Shown piece by piece: positions 14,880-27,000 of a stretch of 55,159 nucleotides of DNA. The notes beneath the pieces are model-generated. The model was given only the letters and a program-made list of their open reading frames with translations. It had not been told where the DNA came from and made no database searches. A program made the translations under genes and the position numbers. The stretch is taken from NCBI RefSeq assembly GCF_001194135.2, contig NC_069003.1:5581419-5636577 (forward strand), read 5' to 3'. Numbering within the stretch: position 1 is the stretch's first letter; each line of letters opens with the position of its first letter. The stretch comes from Octopus bimaculoides. Lineage: Eukaryota.

Positions 14880-15535
14880 ATCATTATCGTCATCATCATC
14901 ATCATCATTGTTTAACGTCTGCTTTCCATTCTGGCATGGGTTGCACGGTTTGACTGAGGAATAGCAAGCCAGGAGGCTGCACCAGGCTCCAATCTGATCT
15001 CGCAAGGTTTCTACAGCTGGATGACCTTCATAATGCCAACCATTCCGAGAATGTAGCAGGTGCTTTTTATGTGCCACCAGAACGGGAGCCAGTCAGGCGA
15101 TACTGGCATGGACCATGCTCGAATGGTGCTTTTTATGTGCCACTAGCATGGGAGCCAGTCAGGTGGCACTGGCAATGACCATGCTCGAATGGTACTTTTT
15201 ATGTGCCACCAGCTTGGGAGCCAGTTAAGTGGCACTGGCAATGACCACGCTTGAATGGTGCTTCTTATGTGCCACCGGCACTGGTCCCAGTCAGGCGGCA
15301 CTGGCATCAGCCACAGCAATGATTTCACTTGACTCAACAGATCTTCTCAGACACAGTATATTGCCCAATGATTGAAGGGTACTTTTAAATGGACCGGTTA
15401 TGCAACACTAGTATAGGCCACGACTGGTCTTCTCAAGCACAGCAGATCTCCAAAGGTCTTGGTCACTTATCATTGCCTCTGTGAAGCCCAACGTTCGAAG
15501 TTCATGCTTCACCACCTCATCCCAGTCTGCTACTG
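14880..15535 (-). mobile_element. 5'-truncated RTE-clade LINE 3' end with 66-bp tandem array in the 3' UTR and (GAT)n tail
   Basis: Minus translation WDEVVKHELRTLGFTEAMISDQDLWRSAVLEKT (RTE C-terminus type); 66-bp units start at 15061, 15127, 15193, 15259; ends in AAAC(GAT)n-like tail. Confidence 0.75.
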
Positions 15536-16355
15536 GTACCAGTCTGCTACTGTGTTACACATCAAAAAATGACACATCTGATAGCAACAAAAACGGCTGT
15601 GAATTCTGCAATTTGGCTGCTAGAATACCAAACAGCAACAGTGTCATCGCTATCATTATCATGATCGTTGTTATTGTCGCCATTGCTGTCGTCATCGTCA
15701 TCACCATCACCACCACCATCATCATAGTCATCATCATATTCATCATTGTCGTCGTCATCATTGTAATCATTGTCGTAATTATCATCATCGCCATCGTCAT
15801 CATCATCATCTTCACCATGTGATTTCCAGATAAATAACTGTTAATTTACATAAACATTTTTTATTAATCAGACATCAGAGTTCGTTTATCTTCCTCTGGT
15901 AAATGTTTTAGTAAGAACTTTATTTTCTCTCTTTTATCTTTGAATCATTGCGAATCATTGGACATATCTGCTGCCATTCATCAACTACTTTCTTTCTTCT
16001 TCTTATCTCATCTCAAAATACTTTCTCTCTCTCTCACTCTCTTACTCTCTCTCTCTCTCTCTCTCTCTCTCAAGCAGTGACTTTTTGATGATCATACCTT
16101 ACATTGCATTTTGGAATCCCTCAACAAAAACACATACAAAGCTCTTATACCAACAAACTACATGGTACCAATGGCATGATTGCTATCATTGGATCACATG
16201 ATGTCACATATCATTATTATCTGTGTCATACTTTAACTTTTGGGGTTTTTTTGTGGAATTGGAAGATCTGTCCTGATTTTGTAAACTTTAAGGTTTTTGA
16301 CCCCAACCCTTCCACCCCTAGTTCCACAATACAAAGTTCCTGTTTACAGTGATCT

Positions 16356-17290
16356 TTGGTGTTGAGTCAAAAGTTTTGCAATATTTTGGCAATTTATTTG
16401 TTTTATTTGTCAAGTTACAACAAAAGCAGCATAGCATTCAAAGTAGAGGCCAGCATATTGCACCGTCTGAAGCCACCTTTCTGCCAGTGCTTGGATCTCC
16501 TGCTGATACCAGTTCTTGTTCTTTGAGGTGAAGAATTCCTTCACTTAACCTTCCATCTCCTCTTTGTTGATAAAGCATCATGAGTGCAGGAAGTGAGCCA
16601 TGGATCGGAACAAGTAATAATTCAAGGAACTAGGTCTGAATTGTGTGGAGGCGCGTGGCCTAGTGGTTAGGGTGTCAGCACTATGATCGTAAGACTGTGG
16701 TTTTGATTCCTGGACCAGGCAACATGTTGTGTTCTTGGGCAAAACACTTCATTTCATGTTGCTCCAGTTCACTCAGCTGGCAAAAATGAGTAACGCTGCA
16801 ATGGACTGGCGTCCCGTCCAGCTGGGGAACACATACGCCATTGAAACCGGGAAACCGGGCCCATGAGCCTGGCTAGGCTTTAAAAGGGCGCATTTATTTT
16901 TTATATTAGGTCTGAATTGTATGCTGGGTGTAGTATCAGTTCTATCCCCTTAAGTACCTGGATTTATTCCGGGTCATACGAACAGTATGAGGTCCTCCAT
17001 TGCCTTGCTGCAGAAGAGCTCGCTTTCTGTTAACCAATGCCAAGTATTTTTGCCACACAATAGCTTACATCCATTCCAGCTGTTTTGAGCACAGAATGGT
17101 ATCAATGGTTCAACCATCCAGAAGAAACTCGTAGTGAATTATCCCTTCATAACTCCACCAGGCACAGCGCATCACCTTGTGTTTGAAATAGCCATGTTTG
17201 GAAACAGGTTCCAGAAACCAGCCCTTGCTTAAACACCGCTTATGCACATTAGGATTGCGGAAAAATATCTCCCTCATATTGTTAGTTGTT
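16356..17290 (-). mobile_element. Mariner transposase pseudogene with degraded TIR, interrupted by a SINE
   Basis: Hand translation: IFFRNPNVHKR...KVMRCAWWSYEGIIHYEFL...LVNRKRALLQQGNGGPHT...IELILHPAYNSDLVP/NYYLFRSMAHFL...VKEFFTSKNKNWYQQEIQALAERWLQTVQYAGLYFE. TIR-like ttggtgttgagtcaaaagttttgcaatatttt at 16356-16387. Confidence 0.9.
16645..16906 (+). mobile_element. Full-length tRNA-derived SINE (family C) with 14-bp TSD
   Basis: A-box TGGCCTAGTGG 16656-16666, B-box-like GGTTTTGATTCC 16699-16710, TSD taggtctgaattgt at 16631-16644 and 16907-16920. Confidence 0.9.
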
Positions 17291-17442
17291 CCAATCCATG
17301 GCTCACTTCTTGCTCTTACAGCATTTCCTCAATCAAAAAAAGATGGAAGTTTCAGTGAAAGAGTTCTTCCACCTTGAATAACAGGAAATGGTATCAGTGC
17401 AGAATCAGAGAACTGGTTAAAAAGTGGCTTCAGATGATGCAC
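17286..17442 (+). pseudogene. Inverted second mariner C-terminal fragment
   Basis: LFQSMAHFLLLQHFLNQKKMEVSVKEFF/NRKWYQCRIRELVKKWLQMMH; diverged reverse complement of 16458-16613. Confidence 0.8.
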
Positions 17443-17444
17443 CG

Positions 17445-17820
17445 CCTTGAAGAATTTTTAGTCGAATAAATCGATCCCAGTACTTTTGTTTTTATTTTTT
17501 TTAAGCAAGGTACTTATTCTATCGGTCTCTAAGTTAAAGGAATACGAACACACCAGCGCTGGTTTTCATGCAGTGGTGGGGGACAAACACAGACACAAAG
17601 ACACACACACATAGATATACATACATATATGAATGTGTGTATGTGTAAATATATATACACAACATGCTTCTTTTTAGTTTCCATCTACTAAATCCACTCA
17701 CAAAGCATTGGATGGCCTGAAGTTATTGTAGAAGACATTTACCAAAAGTTCCACACAGTGAGACTGAACCTGGAGCCAAGTAGTTGAGAAGCAAGCTTCT
17801 TATCACTCAACCATGCCTAC
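17445..17820 (-). mobile_element. SINE family A
   Basis: Similarity to the 27001 copy. Confidence 0.75.
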
Positions 17821-17850
17821 ACTTACATATTCTAAATATTCTTAACATTC

Positions 17851-17964
17851 TTCTTAGCATTCATCTGTGCAATTCTAAGCATTCCACTAAACACTTCTTA
17901 GCATTCGTCTGTGCAATTCTAAGCATTCCACTAAACACTTCTTAGCATTCGTCTGTGCAATTCT
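17851..17964. repeat. 44-bp tandem repeat, about 2.6 copies
   Basis: Unit ttcttagcattcgtctgtgcaattctaagcattccactaaacac at 17851, 17895, 17939 (partial). Confidence 0.9.
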
Positions 17965-18563
17965 TAACATTTTTCTTTTACAAAATATTCATCATTCACA
18001 ATATTCTTCTGCAAATGTGTCCCTTCTTCCTCTACTCCATACCACCATGCCACATAATCCAAAATTCCTATTTAATCCCAAACGATTTAACCGAAACAAC
18101 TATATCCAAAATTACTTCTTTCTTTTATTCTAGAAAATTCTCTCTTCCGAAAAGATTTATATTTTGTTAATAAAATATGAATTATAGACAATAATGAAGT
18201 TGAAATATGTAAANNNNNNNNNNNNNNNNNNNNNNNNNNNNNNNNNNNNNNNNNNNNNNNNNNNNNNNNNNNNNNNNNNNNNNNNNNNNNNNNNNNNNNN
18301 NNNNNNNNNNNNNNNNNNNNNNNNNNNNNNNNNNNNNNNNNNNNNNNNNNNNNNNNNNNNNNNNNNNNNNNNNNNNNNNNNNNNNNNNNNNNNNNNNNNN
18401 NNNNNNNNNNNNNNNNNNNNNNNNNNNNNNNNNNNNNNNNNNNNNNNNNNNNNNNNNNNNNNNNNNNNNNNNNNNNNNNNNNNNNNNNNNNNNNNNNNNN
18501 NNNNNNNNNNNNNNNNNNNNNNNNNNNNNNNNNNNNNNNNNNNNNNNNNNNNNNNNNNNNNNN

Positions 18564-18627
<64 letters not shown>

Positions 18628-19763
18628 CATATGTATACATACCTATGGATATATCTCTCATAAATGCATATTCTATAGATATATATGAGCATGCATGTAT
18701 TTTATATTTGGCTGTGTGTGTGTGTATGTATATATATATATAATGTACATATATATGTGTATCGTAGCACTCCGTCGGTTACGGCGACGAGGGTTCCAGT
18801 TGATCCGATCAACAGAACAGCCTGCTCGTAAAATTAACATGCAAGTGGCTGAGCGTTCCACAGACATGTGTACCCTTAACGTAGTTCTCAGCGTGACACA
18901 GAGTGTGACAAGGCTGGCCCCTTTGAATTACAGGTACAACAGAAACAGGAAGAAAGAGTGAGAGAAAGCTGTGGTGAAAGAGTACAGCTGGGTTCATCTG
19001 GTGTAGCCCCCAGCCCTGCTCAAACTGTCCAACCCATGCCAGCATGGACAACGGACATTAAATGTTGATGATGATGATGATGATGATGATATATATATAT
19101 ACATATAATATAATAGTTATTGTCTATCTGGACTTCCTTTCAGTTGTAAAGTGCAAGCTGTTGTTAGTTTTGTACTGAAAAAGTAGACAAATATGCATAA
19201 AATATTTACGTATTGAAATGGTGAGATAAATTGTGCAGAGAAACTCCACTCTACGAATAACCTATTTCGTTGCCATTTACATTCTTAATTGAAGAATAAT
19301 TATTACTTTTTAATTAATAATTAAAATTATTTGCTCTTTTCTTATTTTGCAAAACACTGTTCCATAGACATCTGCCATTTAACTGTTTCAACATAAATAG
19401 GATGGGTGCATCTTGTCTGTGAATTCTAAGGGATGGGATTGTTACAAAGTTCAGAAGTGGATGTTTTTTCTCAGAAAAGACGGAATGGTTTCATTGTGGG
19501 CCAAAACTAGGTCACATGATTCAATTAGCCAGCCAGAACTTGCTGGGAAATTACCATTTATAAAGCCACTTCTATTTTATATATTGGGTGAATTGCAGAA
19601 AAATATATCCATACTGGTATGTATGTGTGTGTGTAGGTATGTAATCAAGGAAAATGGTAGTGAAGAAAGAAGTTATTTGCTCTTTCTCCATTTACCTCTG
19701 CTTTTTTTTTTTGTGGTGCTTCAAATAGAGAAAGAAAAAAGAAGAGAAATGTGTGAAGGTTTA

Positions 19764-19818
<55 letters not shown>

Positions 19819-20014
19819 TTCATTGAGGAACTGAGATGAAGCTCTGAAGCCAACAAGCCAACCTTTTCCTTGCTTAAATAATATACACAATATACACACA
19901 TTTATTCACATCTATACATATAAGGGGATATATATATATATATANNNNNNNNNNTAGCCAATAAATGGCTGATAGTTAGCAAGGTGAGACACACATAAGA
20001 AAGAAGGAAACAAA

Positions 20015-20059
20015 GGACCACTGATGAGGTCACAGAAGTGTGACGAAAGAACTCTGGCC
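20015..20059 (+). ncRNA. Type I minimal hammerhead ribozyme motif (Penelope-type)
   Basis: ggacca-CTGATGA-g-gtcac(agaagt)gtgac-GAAA-gaac-TC-tggcc: intact core, perfect 5-bp stem II, stem I 5 bp with one bulge; followed by a short (taagat)n run. Confidence 0.75.
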
Positions 20060-20397
20060 GAAATAAGATTAAGATTAAGATTAATGTAATATAAAGCTGA
20101 AGAAAATAAAAATAAAAAAAAAAATTAACACCAAATATACAGTGCGTGTGTTTTTATTGGCTAAACTGGCAATATGACCATCCCCAAGTACAACAACATA
20201 TATATATATAGATATATAGATATATAGATATATTTATACATATGAGCATATATATTTATGTATGTATGTATGTATAAATATATACACATAAGTACACACA
20301 GAAGAACATGCATTAATTAATCACTATATACAAAATCTGTCAATGCCAAATGCACTATTATTAGATAGGGTGTACATATATGCATGATTGTATACAA

Positions 20398-20456
<59 letters not shown>

Positions 20457-21483
20457 TATGCGTGCACACAATACTCTCTCACACACACTCTCATACACTC
20501 ATCATACTCACACACACACACATACACACACACACACGGAGCTTATATAGCTAGCTATCTCATATAACAAGTATCGCAAACATTTGCTATTTGCTTGGAA
20601 CAAAGAAACTCAGCGAAAACAATGAAACGAGATGAAATCAAATGAATTGAAATGAAATTGTTTCCAACGACATTCGCCGGTGACTTTGTTTCAGAAATTT
20701 CTCTCTATTGGATTTCAACAGTTGATACACAAACCTCCATTCCTGTCTCTATTCATACTATTTAAAGAAAGAAGACAGTGACATATCACTGCTGACCAAT
20801 AACTCACTGACAAACAACTCTCTGACCAACAACTGGTATCTGTTTTCCGCAGTTGTCACATGGGAATCTTTTCCTTCTTTTTTCTTTTTTTTTTTGTTAT
20901 ATTATGTATTTGTTTATGAATTTATTTATTTAACGAGTTAGTTAATTATTAATATGTTTTATTTTATGACTTGGGGGTTATCTATTCGATGCCTTTTTGC
21001 TTTATCTGCTTTTTTTTTTATTTTTGTTTGTTTGGGGTTTTTTCTAGCCTTTCCAGAAAAATTCAATAACTTCATCATCATCATCAGTACCACCATTATT
21101 CTCATCATCATCACCATCATCTTCTTCCTCGCCTTCTTCATCATCGTCGTCATCATCATCATCATCGTCGTCATTATTCTGTTATTCTTTTACTTGTTTC
21201 AGTCATTTTTTACTCCAGCCATACTGGAGCACTGCCTTAAAGCCCAAGACTTATTCTTTGTAAGCTTTGTACTTATTCTATCGGTCTGTTTTGCTGAACT
21301 GCTTAGTTATGGGGATGTAAACACACCAACATTGGTTGTCAATTGATGGCGGGGGGACAAACTCAGACAAAGATACACACATAGATACATATACATATGC
21401 GTGATACCTTAGGCAAGTGTCTTCTACTGTAGCCTCGGGTCGACCTAAGCCTTGTGAGTGGATTTGGTAGACAGAAACTGAAA

Positions 21484-21698
21484 AGGCAGCAAGCTGGGCG
21501 AAATGCTTAGCAGTATTTCGTCTGCTGTTACGTTCTGAGTTCAAATTCCCCTGAGGTCGACTTTGCCTTTCATCCTTTCGGGGGTCAATTAAATAAAGTA
21601 CCAGTTACGCACTGGAGTCGATGTAATCAACTTAATCCATTTGTCTGTCTTTGTTTGTCCCCTCTATGTTTAGCCCCTTGTGGGCAGTAAAGAAATAG
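21484..21698 (+). mobile_element. SINE family B nested in a family A copy, 10-bp TSD
   Basis: gaaactgaaa at 21474-21483 and 21699-21708; family A sequence resumes after it. Confidence 0.8.
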
Positions 21699-21721
21699 GA
21701 AACTGAAAGAAGCCTGTCGTA

Positions 21722-21754
<33 letters not shown>

Positions 21755-22785
21755 NNNNNNNNNNNNNNNNNNNNNNNNNNNNNNNNNNNNNNNNNNNNNN
21801 NNNNNNNNNNNNNNNNNNNNNNNNNNNNNNNNNNNNNNNNNNNNNNNNNNNNNNNNNNNNNNNNNNNNNNNNNNNNNNNNNNNNNNNNNNNNNNNNNNNN
21901 NNNNNNNNNNNNNNNNNNNNNNNNNNNNNNNNNNNNNNNNNNNNNNNNNNNNNNNNNNNNNNNNNNNNNNNNNNNNNNNNNNNNNNNNNNNNNNNNNNNN
22001 NNNNNNNNNNNNNNNNNNNNNNNNNNNNNNNNNNNNNNNNNNNNNNNNNNNNNNNNNNNNNNNNNNNNNNNNNNNNNNNNNNNNNNNNNNNNNNNNNNNN
22101 NNNNNNNNNNNNNNNNNNNNNNNNNNNNNNNNNNNNNNNNNNNNNNNNNNNNNNNNNNNNNNNNNNNNNNNNNNNNNNNNNNNNNNNNNNNNNNNNNNNN
22201 NNNNNNNNNNNNNNNNNNNNNNNNNNNNNNNNNNNNNNNNNNNNNNNNNNNNNNNNNNNNNNNNNNNNNNNNNNNNNNNNNNNNNNNNNNNNNNNNNNNN
22301 NNNNNNNNNNNNNNNNNNNNNNNNNNNNNNNNNNNNNNNNNNNNNNNNNNNNNNNNNNNNNNNNNNNNNNNNNNNNNNNNNNNNNNNNNNNNNNNNNNNN
22401 NNNNNNNNNNNNNNNNNNNNNNNNNNNNNNNNNNNNNNNNNNNNNNNNNNNNNNNNNNNNNNNNNNNNNNNNNNNNNNNNNNNNNNNNNNNNNNNNNNNN
22501 NNNNNNNNNNNNNNNNNNNNNNNNNNNNNNNNNNNNNNNNNNNNNNNNNNNNNNNNNNNNNNNNNNNNNNNNNNNNNNNNNNNNNNNNNNNNNNNNNNNN
22601 NNNNNNNNNNNNNNNNNNNNNNNNNNNNNNNNNNNNNNNNNNNNNNNNNNNNNNNNNNNNNNNNNNNNNNNNNNNNNNNNNNNNNNNNNNNNNNNNNNNN
22701 NNNNNNNNNNNNNNNNNNNNNNNNNNNNNNNNNNNNAAAGTTAAAATCCTGGGTGAACCTGAACACAATCATCATCATCATCATT

Positions 22786-22834
<49 letters not shown>

Positions 22835-22839
22835 CAATA

Positions 22840-23000
22840 GAGTGGCTGTGTGGTATGTAGCTTGCTTACCAACCACATGATTCTGGGTTCAGTCCCACCG
22901 TGTGACACCTTGGGCAAGTGTTTTCTTCTATAGCCTCAGACCAACCAAAGCCTTGTGAGTGGATTTGGTAGACGGAAACTGAAAGAAGCCTGTCGTATAT
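22840..23000 (+). mobile_element. SINE family A (5' half)
   Basis: Similarity to the 27001 copy. Confidence 0.8.
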
Positions 23001-23001
23001 G

Positions 23002-23035
<34 letters not shown>

Positions 23036-23610
23036 AAAGGCAAATTCAACCTTGATAGAATTTGAACTCACAACATACGGACAGACGAAATAATGTAGAT
23101 TTAAATATATACAAAAAAGACGGGTTGATCATGGAAGGAATGCCTTTGACCATGCATTTACTTGATCATGCTTGACCTGAGAGTGGTAGTTAATAACAAA
23201 AATAATAAAACATGATATTTCTTGGCTTGGTTTTAATCCATTTCAGCCTTGTTGTTGCTGCTGCTGCTGCTGTTGGTGGTGGTGGTCGCGGTGTCTCTGT
23301 GTAGAATAATACAACACATTTGCTGTCCCTCATGTTCTGAACAAATACAATTAATTATTCACCTTGCTTTAATCCAATCATGACACAAAACTAAAAACTA
23401 TTCATGCAAGACCTACAGATCGTTTGATGAATTGCCGAGTCTCAAATTTTGCAATTGTCGTCTGAATGGCGTTGGAGATATTGATGTATTCTCACAAATT
23501 AGAGCGATTGTTCTTTGCTTAAGGTTTAACATTTCAGAAATCATAACACTAATAGTGTTGTGTGTATATATACATATATATATATATACAAATATATACA
23601 TATATCTATA

Positions 23611-23697
<87 letters not shown>

Positions 23698-23708
23698 TTA
23701 TGCATTTG

Positions 23709-23788
<80 letters not shown>

Positions 23789-23789
23789 A

Positions 23790-24000
23790 AGGGCGCGAGC
23801 TGGCAGAATCGTTTGCACGCTGGGCGAAATGCTTAGCGGTATTTTGTCTGTCGCTACATTCTGAGTTCAAATTCCTCCAAGGTCAACTTTGCCTTTCATC
23901 CTTTCAGGGTTGATTAAATAAGTACCAGTTACACTGGGGCCAATATAATCGACTTAATCCCTTCCCCCAAATTTGACCCCTTGCACTTCCAGTAGAAAGG
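23790..24000 (+). mobile_element. tRNA-derived SINE family B, best-preserved copy
   Basis: gggcgcgagctggcagaatcg...gagttcaaattcc...gcctttcatcctttcagggttgattaaataagtaccag. Other copies at 5240-5375, 21484-21698, 26795-27000(-), 30765-30850(-), 33290-33400, 47440-47500(-), 51050-51310. Confidence 0.8.
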
Positions 24001-25857
24001 ATATATATATATATATATATATATATACTTGAATTAGGTACTTAAGTCAGTCCAGTATTATCCGCACAGCTTGAAGTAAGGTGAATAAAATCCAAATAAG
24101 CAACAGGATATCAATAAGTGATGCGGTTCATCCGTTTCAAGCGACTCCATTTTATTGAACAATGCAATCATTACATCAATTTAAATGCATTGCCAGCTTC
24201 AGCTGCACAAATAAATAAATAAATAGAATTTTAACCAGTTGGACACATTAATATAATTCTTGTCAAGAAGATGGAAGAAATNNNNNNNNNNNNNNNNNNN
24301 NNNNNNNNNNNNNNNNNNNNNNNNNNNNNNNNNNNNNNNNNNNNNNNNNNNNNNNNNNNNNNNNNNNNNNNNNNNNNNNNNNNNNNNNNNNNNNNNNNNN
24401 NNNNNNNNNNNNNNNNNNNNNNNNNNNNNNNNNNNNNNNNNNNNNNNNNNNNNNNNNNNNNNNNNNNNNNNNNNNNNNNNNNNNNNNNNNNNNNNNNNNN
24501 NNNNNNNNNNNNNNNNNNNNNNNNNNNNNNNNNNNNNNNNNNNNNNNNNNNNNNNNNNNNNNNNNNNNNNNNNNNNNNNNNNNNNNNNNNNNNNNNNNNN
24601 NNNNNNNNNNNNNNNNNNNNNNNNNNNNNNNNNNNNNNNNNNNNNNNNNNNNNNNNNNNNNNNNNNNNNNNNNNNNNNNNNNNNNNNNNNNNNNNNNNNN
24701 NNNNNNNNNNNNNNNNNNNNNNNNNNNNNNNNNNNNNNNNNNNNNNNNNNNNNNNNNNNNNNNNNNNNNNNNNNNNNNNNNNNNNNNNNNNNNNNNNNNN
24801 NNNNNNNNNNNNNNNNNNNNNNNNNNNNNNNNNNNNNNNNNNNNNNNNNNNNNNNNNNNNNNNNNNNNNNNNNNNNNNNNNNNNNNNNNNNNNNNNNNNN
24901 NNNGTATGTCTATTTATTCAAACGTATTGGATGAATACACACACATATATTAATGGTACAGATTGGCAAGTGGAAAAAACTGGTAACTGCACAAACAAGG
25001 GTGTGAATATATGTAAGCTTATAGAAACAAATGACCAGTTGAGCAAATGAGCAAATTGGCAAAAAAACTAAATGAGTGTGTAGGTGCTAGTTCCTTACGC
25101 CCGTTTCTGCCAAGACAACAAAATCTTCCAGGTTATCTTCATCTCTTCAGTGTTAAGCAGGGATGAGCAGACAAGACTTGGATAATGGATGTGCCCCTAG
25201 GCTTCTTCAGAGGGTCTAAGTGGCTGTGGGGAGTGGAGGACTGACACTTATAAAAATCAGCTAAGAATAGCTAAGGTGTGTTTATCATTTTAAATAGAGT
25301 AGAATAAGAATAAGAGCAAACACAAGAATACATGTATATAGATATGTATATTGACATAGATTAGAGCGGTTTGTCTTGCCATAAAGGTTGATTCTTAAGT
25401 AATCATAACAGTTGTGGTGTGATATTCATATTGGTATATTAAAAACTAGCAGAAAACCCAACATTGCCAAAGACAAAAAGTAAGGAATAAATGACACAGA
25501 GTTGCTCTTAATGAAGAAGATGCATCCGTTTTAATAAAACAGGTTTGGTTTCTCTGCAATTGACAAGTTAATCCTCATGCAATAGATTAAATGGTTTTCC
25601 ACTACATTTGTACTAGTCCTGGGTGTATTGAATGCATTGACCTGCAGATACGTGCTTCATATTGTAATTGTCACTGTTGTTGCCGTCATCATCGTTGTCA
25701 TTGTTATCATTATCTTCATCATTGTCGTTGGAGTGGCTGTTGTGGTAAGAAGCTTGCTTCCCAACCTCATGGTTCCAGGTTCGGTTACCACTACGTGACA
25801 CCTCGAGCAAGTGTCTTCTATAATGGCCGCAGGCTGACCAACATACACACACACATG

Positions 25858-25896
<39 letters not shown>

Positions 25897-26524
25897 ACAC
25901 ACATGTATAAAGACAGTCTGCTTTCAATATCTATCTACCAAATTCTTATGGCAAAAGACACTTGCCCAAGGTACCACGTGGTGGGACTGAACCTGAAACC
26001 ATATGGCTGGGAAGCAAGATTTTTAACCACACATTCCAGGATTTAATATTTTCATTAAATTTTCATTGTCCTTTAGCCCAAAATTAGCCCAAATCAAGCA
26101 ATCTTATGATCAAAGATCTTCCAGATGTGACCATCCACTTTTAATGTCTTTTTTTTTTTTTCATTAGACACAAATACACAAGTATATCTAGGCATTTTTA
26201 AAAACGTTTTTGAAAGATCCATGTAGATCTGGCTGCTATTTCCAGCAAGTTGAATAACCACATAATGGCTACCTTGTTGACTTTTTGTATGAATCTTTTT
26301 GTATTTTACTTGTTCCTTGTGTTTGGTGAATTCTCAAAACAATATATTTTTATTTATTTCAGAAAAACCGTATTGTATTCTGTATTTGTGAAAATACACA
26401 ACAGATATTTTAAAGTGAATCTTACTATTGCAACACAAGACATCTACATTTGTGCTCATATATGGACATTTTTGCATGAGGACCAACTAAAACTTCAAAT
26501 CTAAAAGGTAAGCATATATGTATT

Positions 26525-26801
26525 AATATTTTATAAGCTTAAAACTCATAAGCAATCACCATGCAATGAGTAAAGAAAATAGTCTAAAATTGGGGCATAT
26601 AAGCCCTGAATGGAAAGAAAGTAGGGTTTTCGTATACATTGGACATGAACCCACAGCTCTTTGTTTTTGAGACAAGTGTGTTACCATTACGCAGACAGGA
26701 TCCCTATTTTTTCAGTTGAGGGCTTATATGCCCCAATATTAGACTATTTTCTTTAGTCATTGCACGGTGATCGCTTATAAGCTTTAAGCTTATAGAATAT
26801 T
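26525..26801. mobile_element. Foldback/MITE-like element with ~95-bp arms and tRNA-like spacer
   Basis: Core arms 26548-26607 and 26719-26778 match 56/60 as inverted repeats; the minus strand of the spacer has A-box- and B-box-like motifs. Confidence 0.85.
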
Positions 26802-27000
26802 CTTTTCTACTCTAGGCACAAGGCACAAAATTTTTGGGGAAGGGGGCAGTCGATTACATCGACCCAGTACACAACTGGTACTTAATTTATCAACCCCAAA
26901 AGGATGAAAGGCAAAGCTGACCTCAGGGAATTTGAACTCAGAACGTAAAAACAGTTGAAATGCTGCTAAGCATTTTGCCCGGCGTGCTAATTTTTCTGTT

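Noticed and set aside
17965-18213. Possible retroelement zinc-knuckle or RLE fragment (minus)
   Set aside because: No complete motif in any frame.
19510-19522. GTCACATGA E/M-box as a Mondo- or MiT-type control site
   Set aside because: Single site with no paired ChoRE arrangement; expected by chance.
23405-23555. CpG-containing unique segment as a coding exon
   Set aside because: No recognisable translation or paired splice sites; could be UTR or regulatory but unsupported.
24130-24215. Minus-strand ctgaagctg-gcaatgca...tgcattg hairpin as a hammerhead
   Set aside because: Core is not CUGANGA and no GAAA follows the stem.
25105-25250. Possible LINE endonuclease fragment (minus)
   Set aside because: Similarity too short and interrupted to call by eye.
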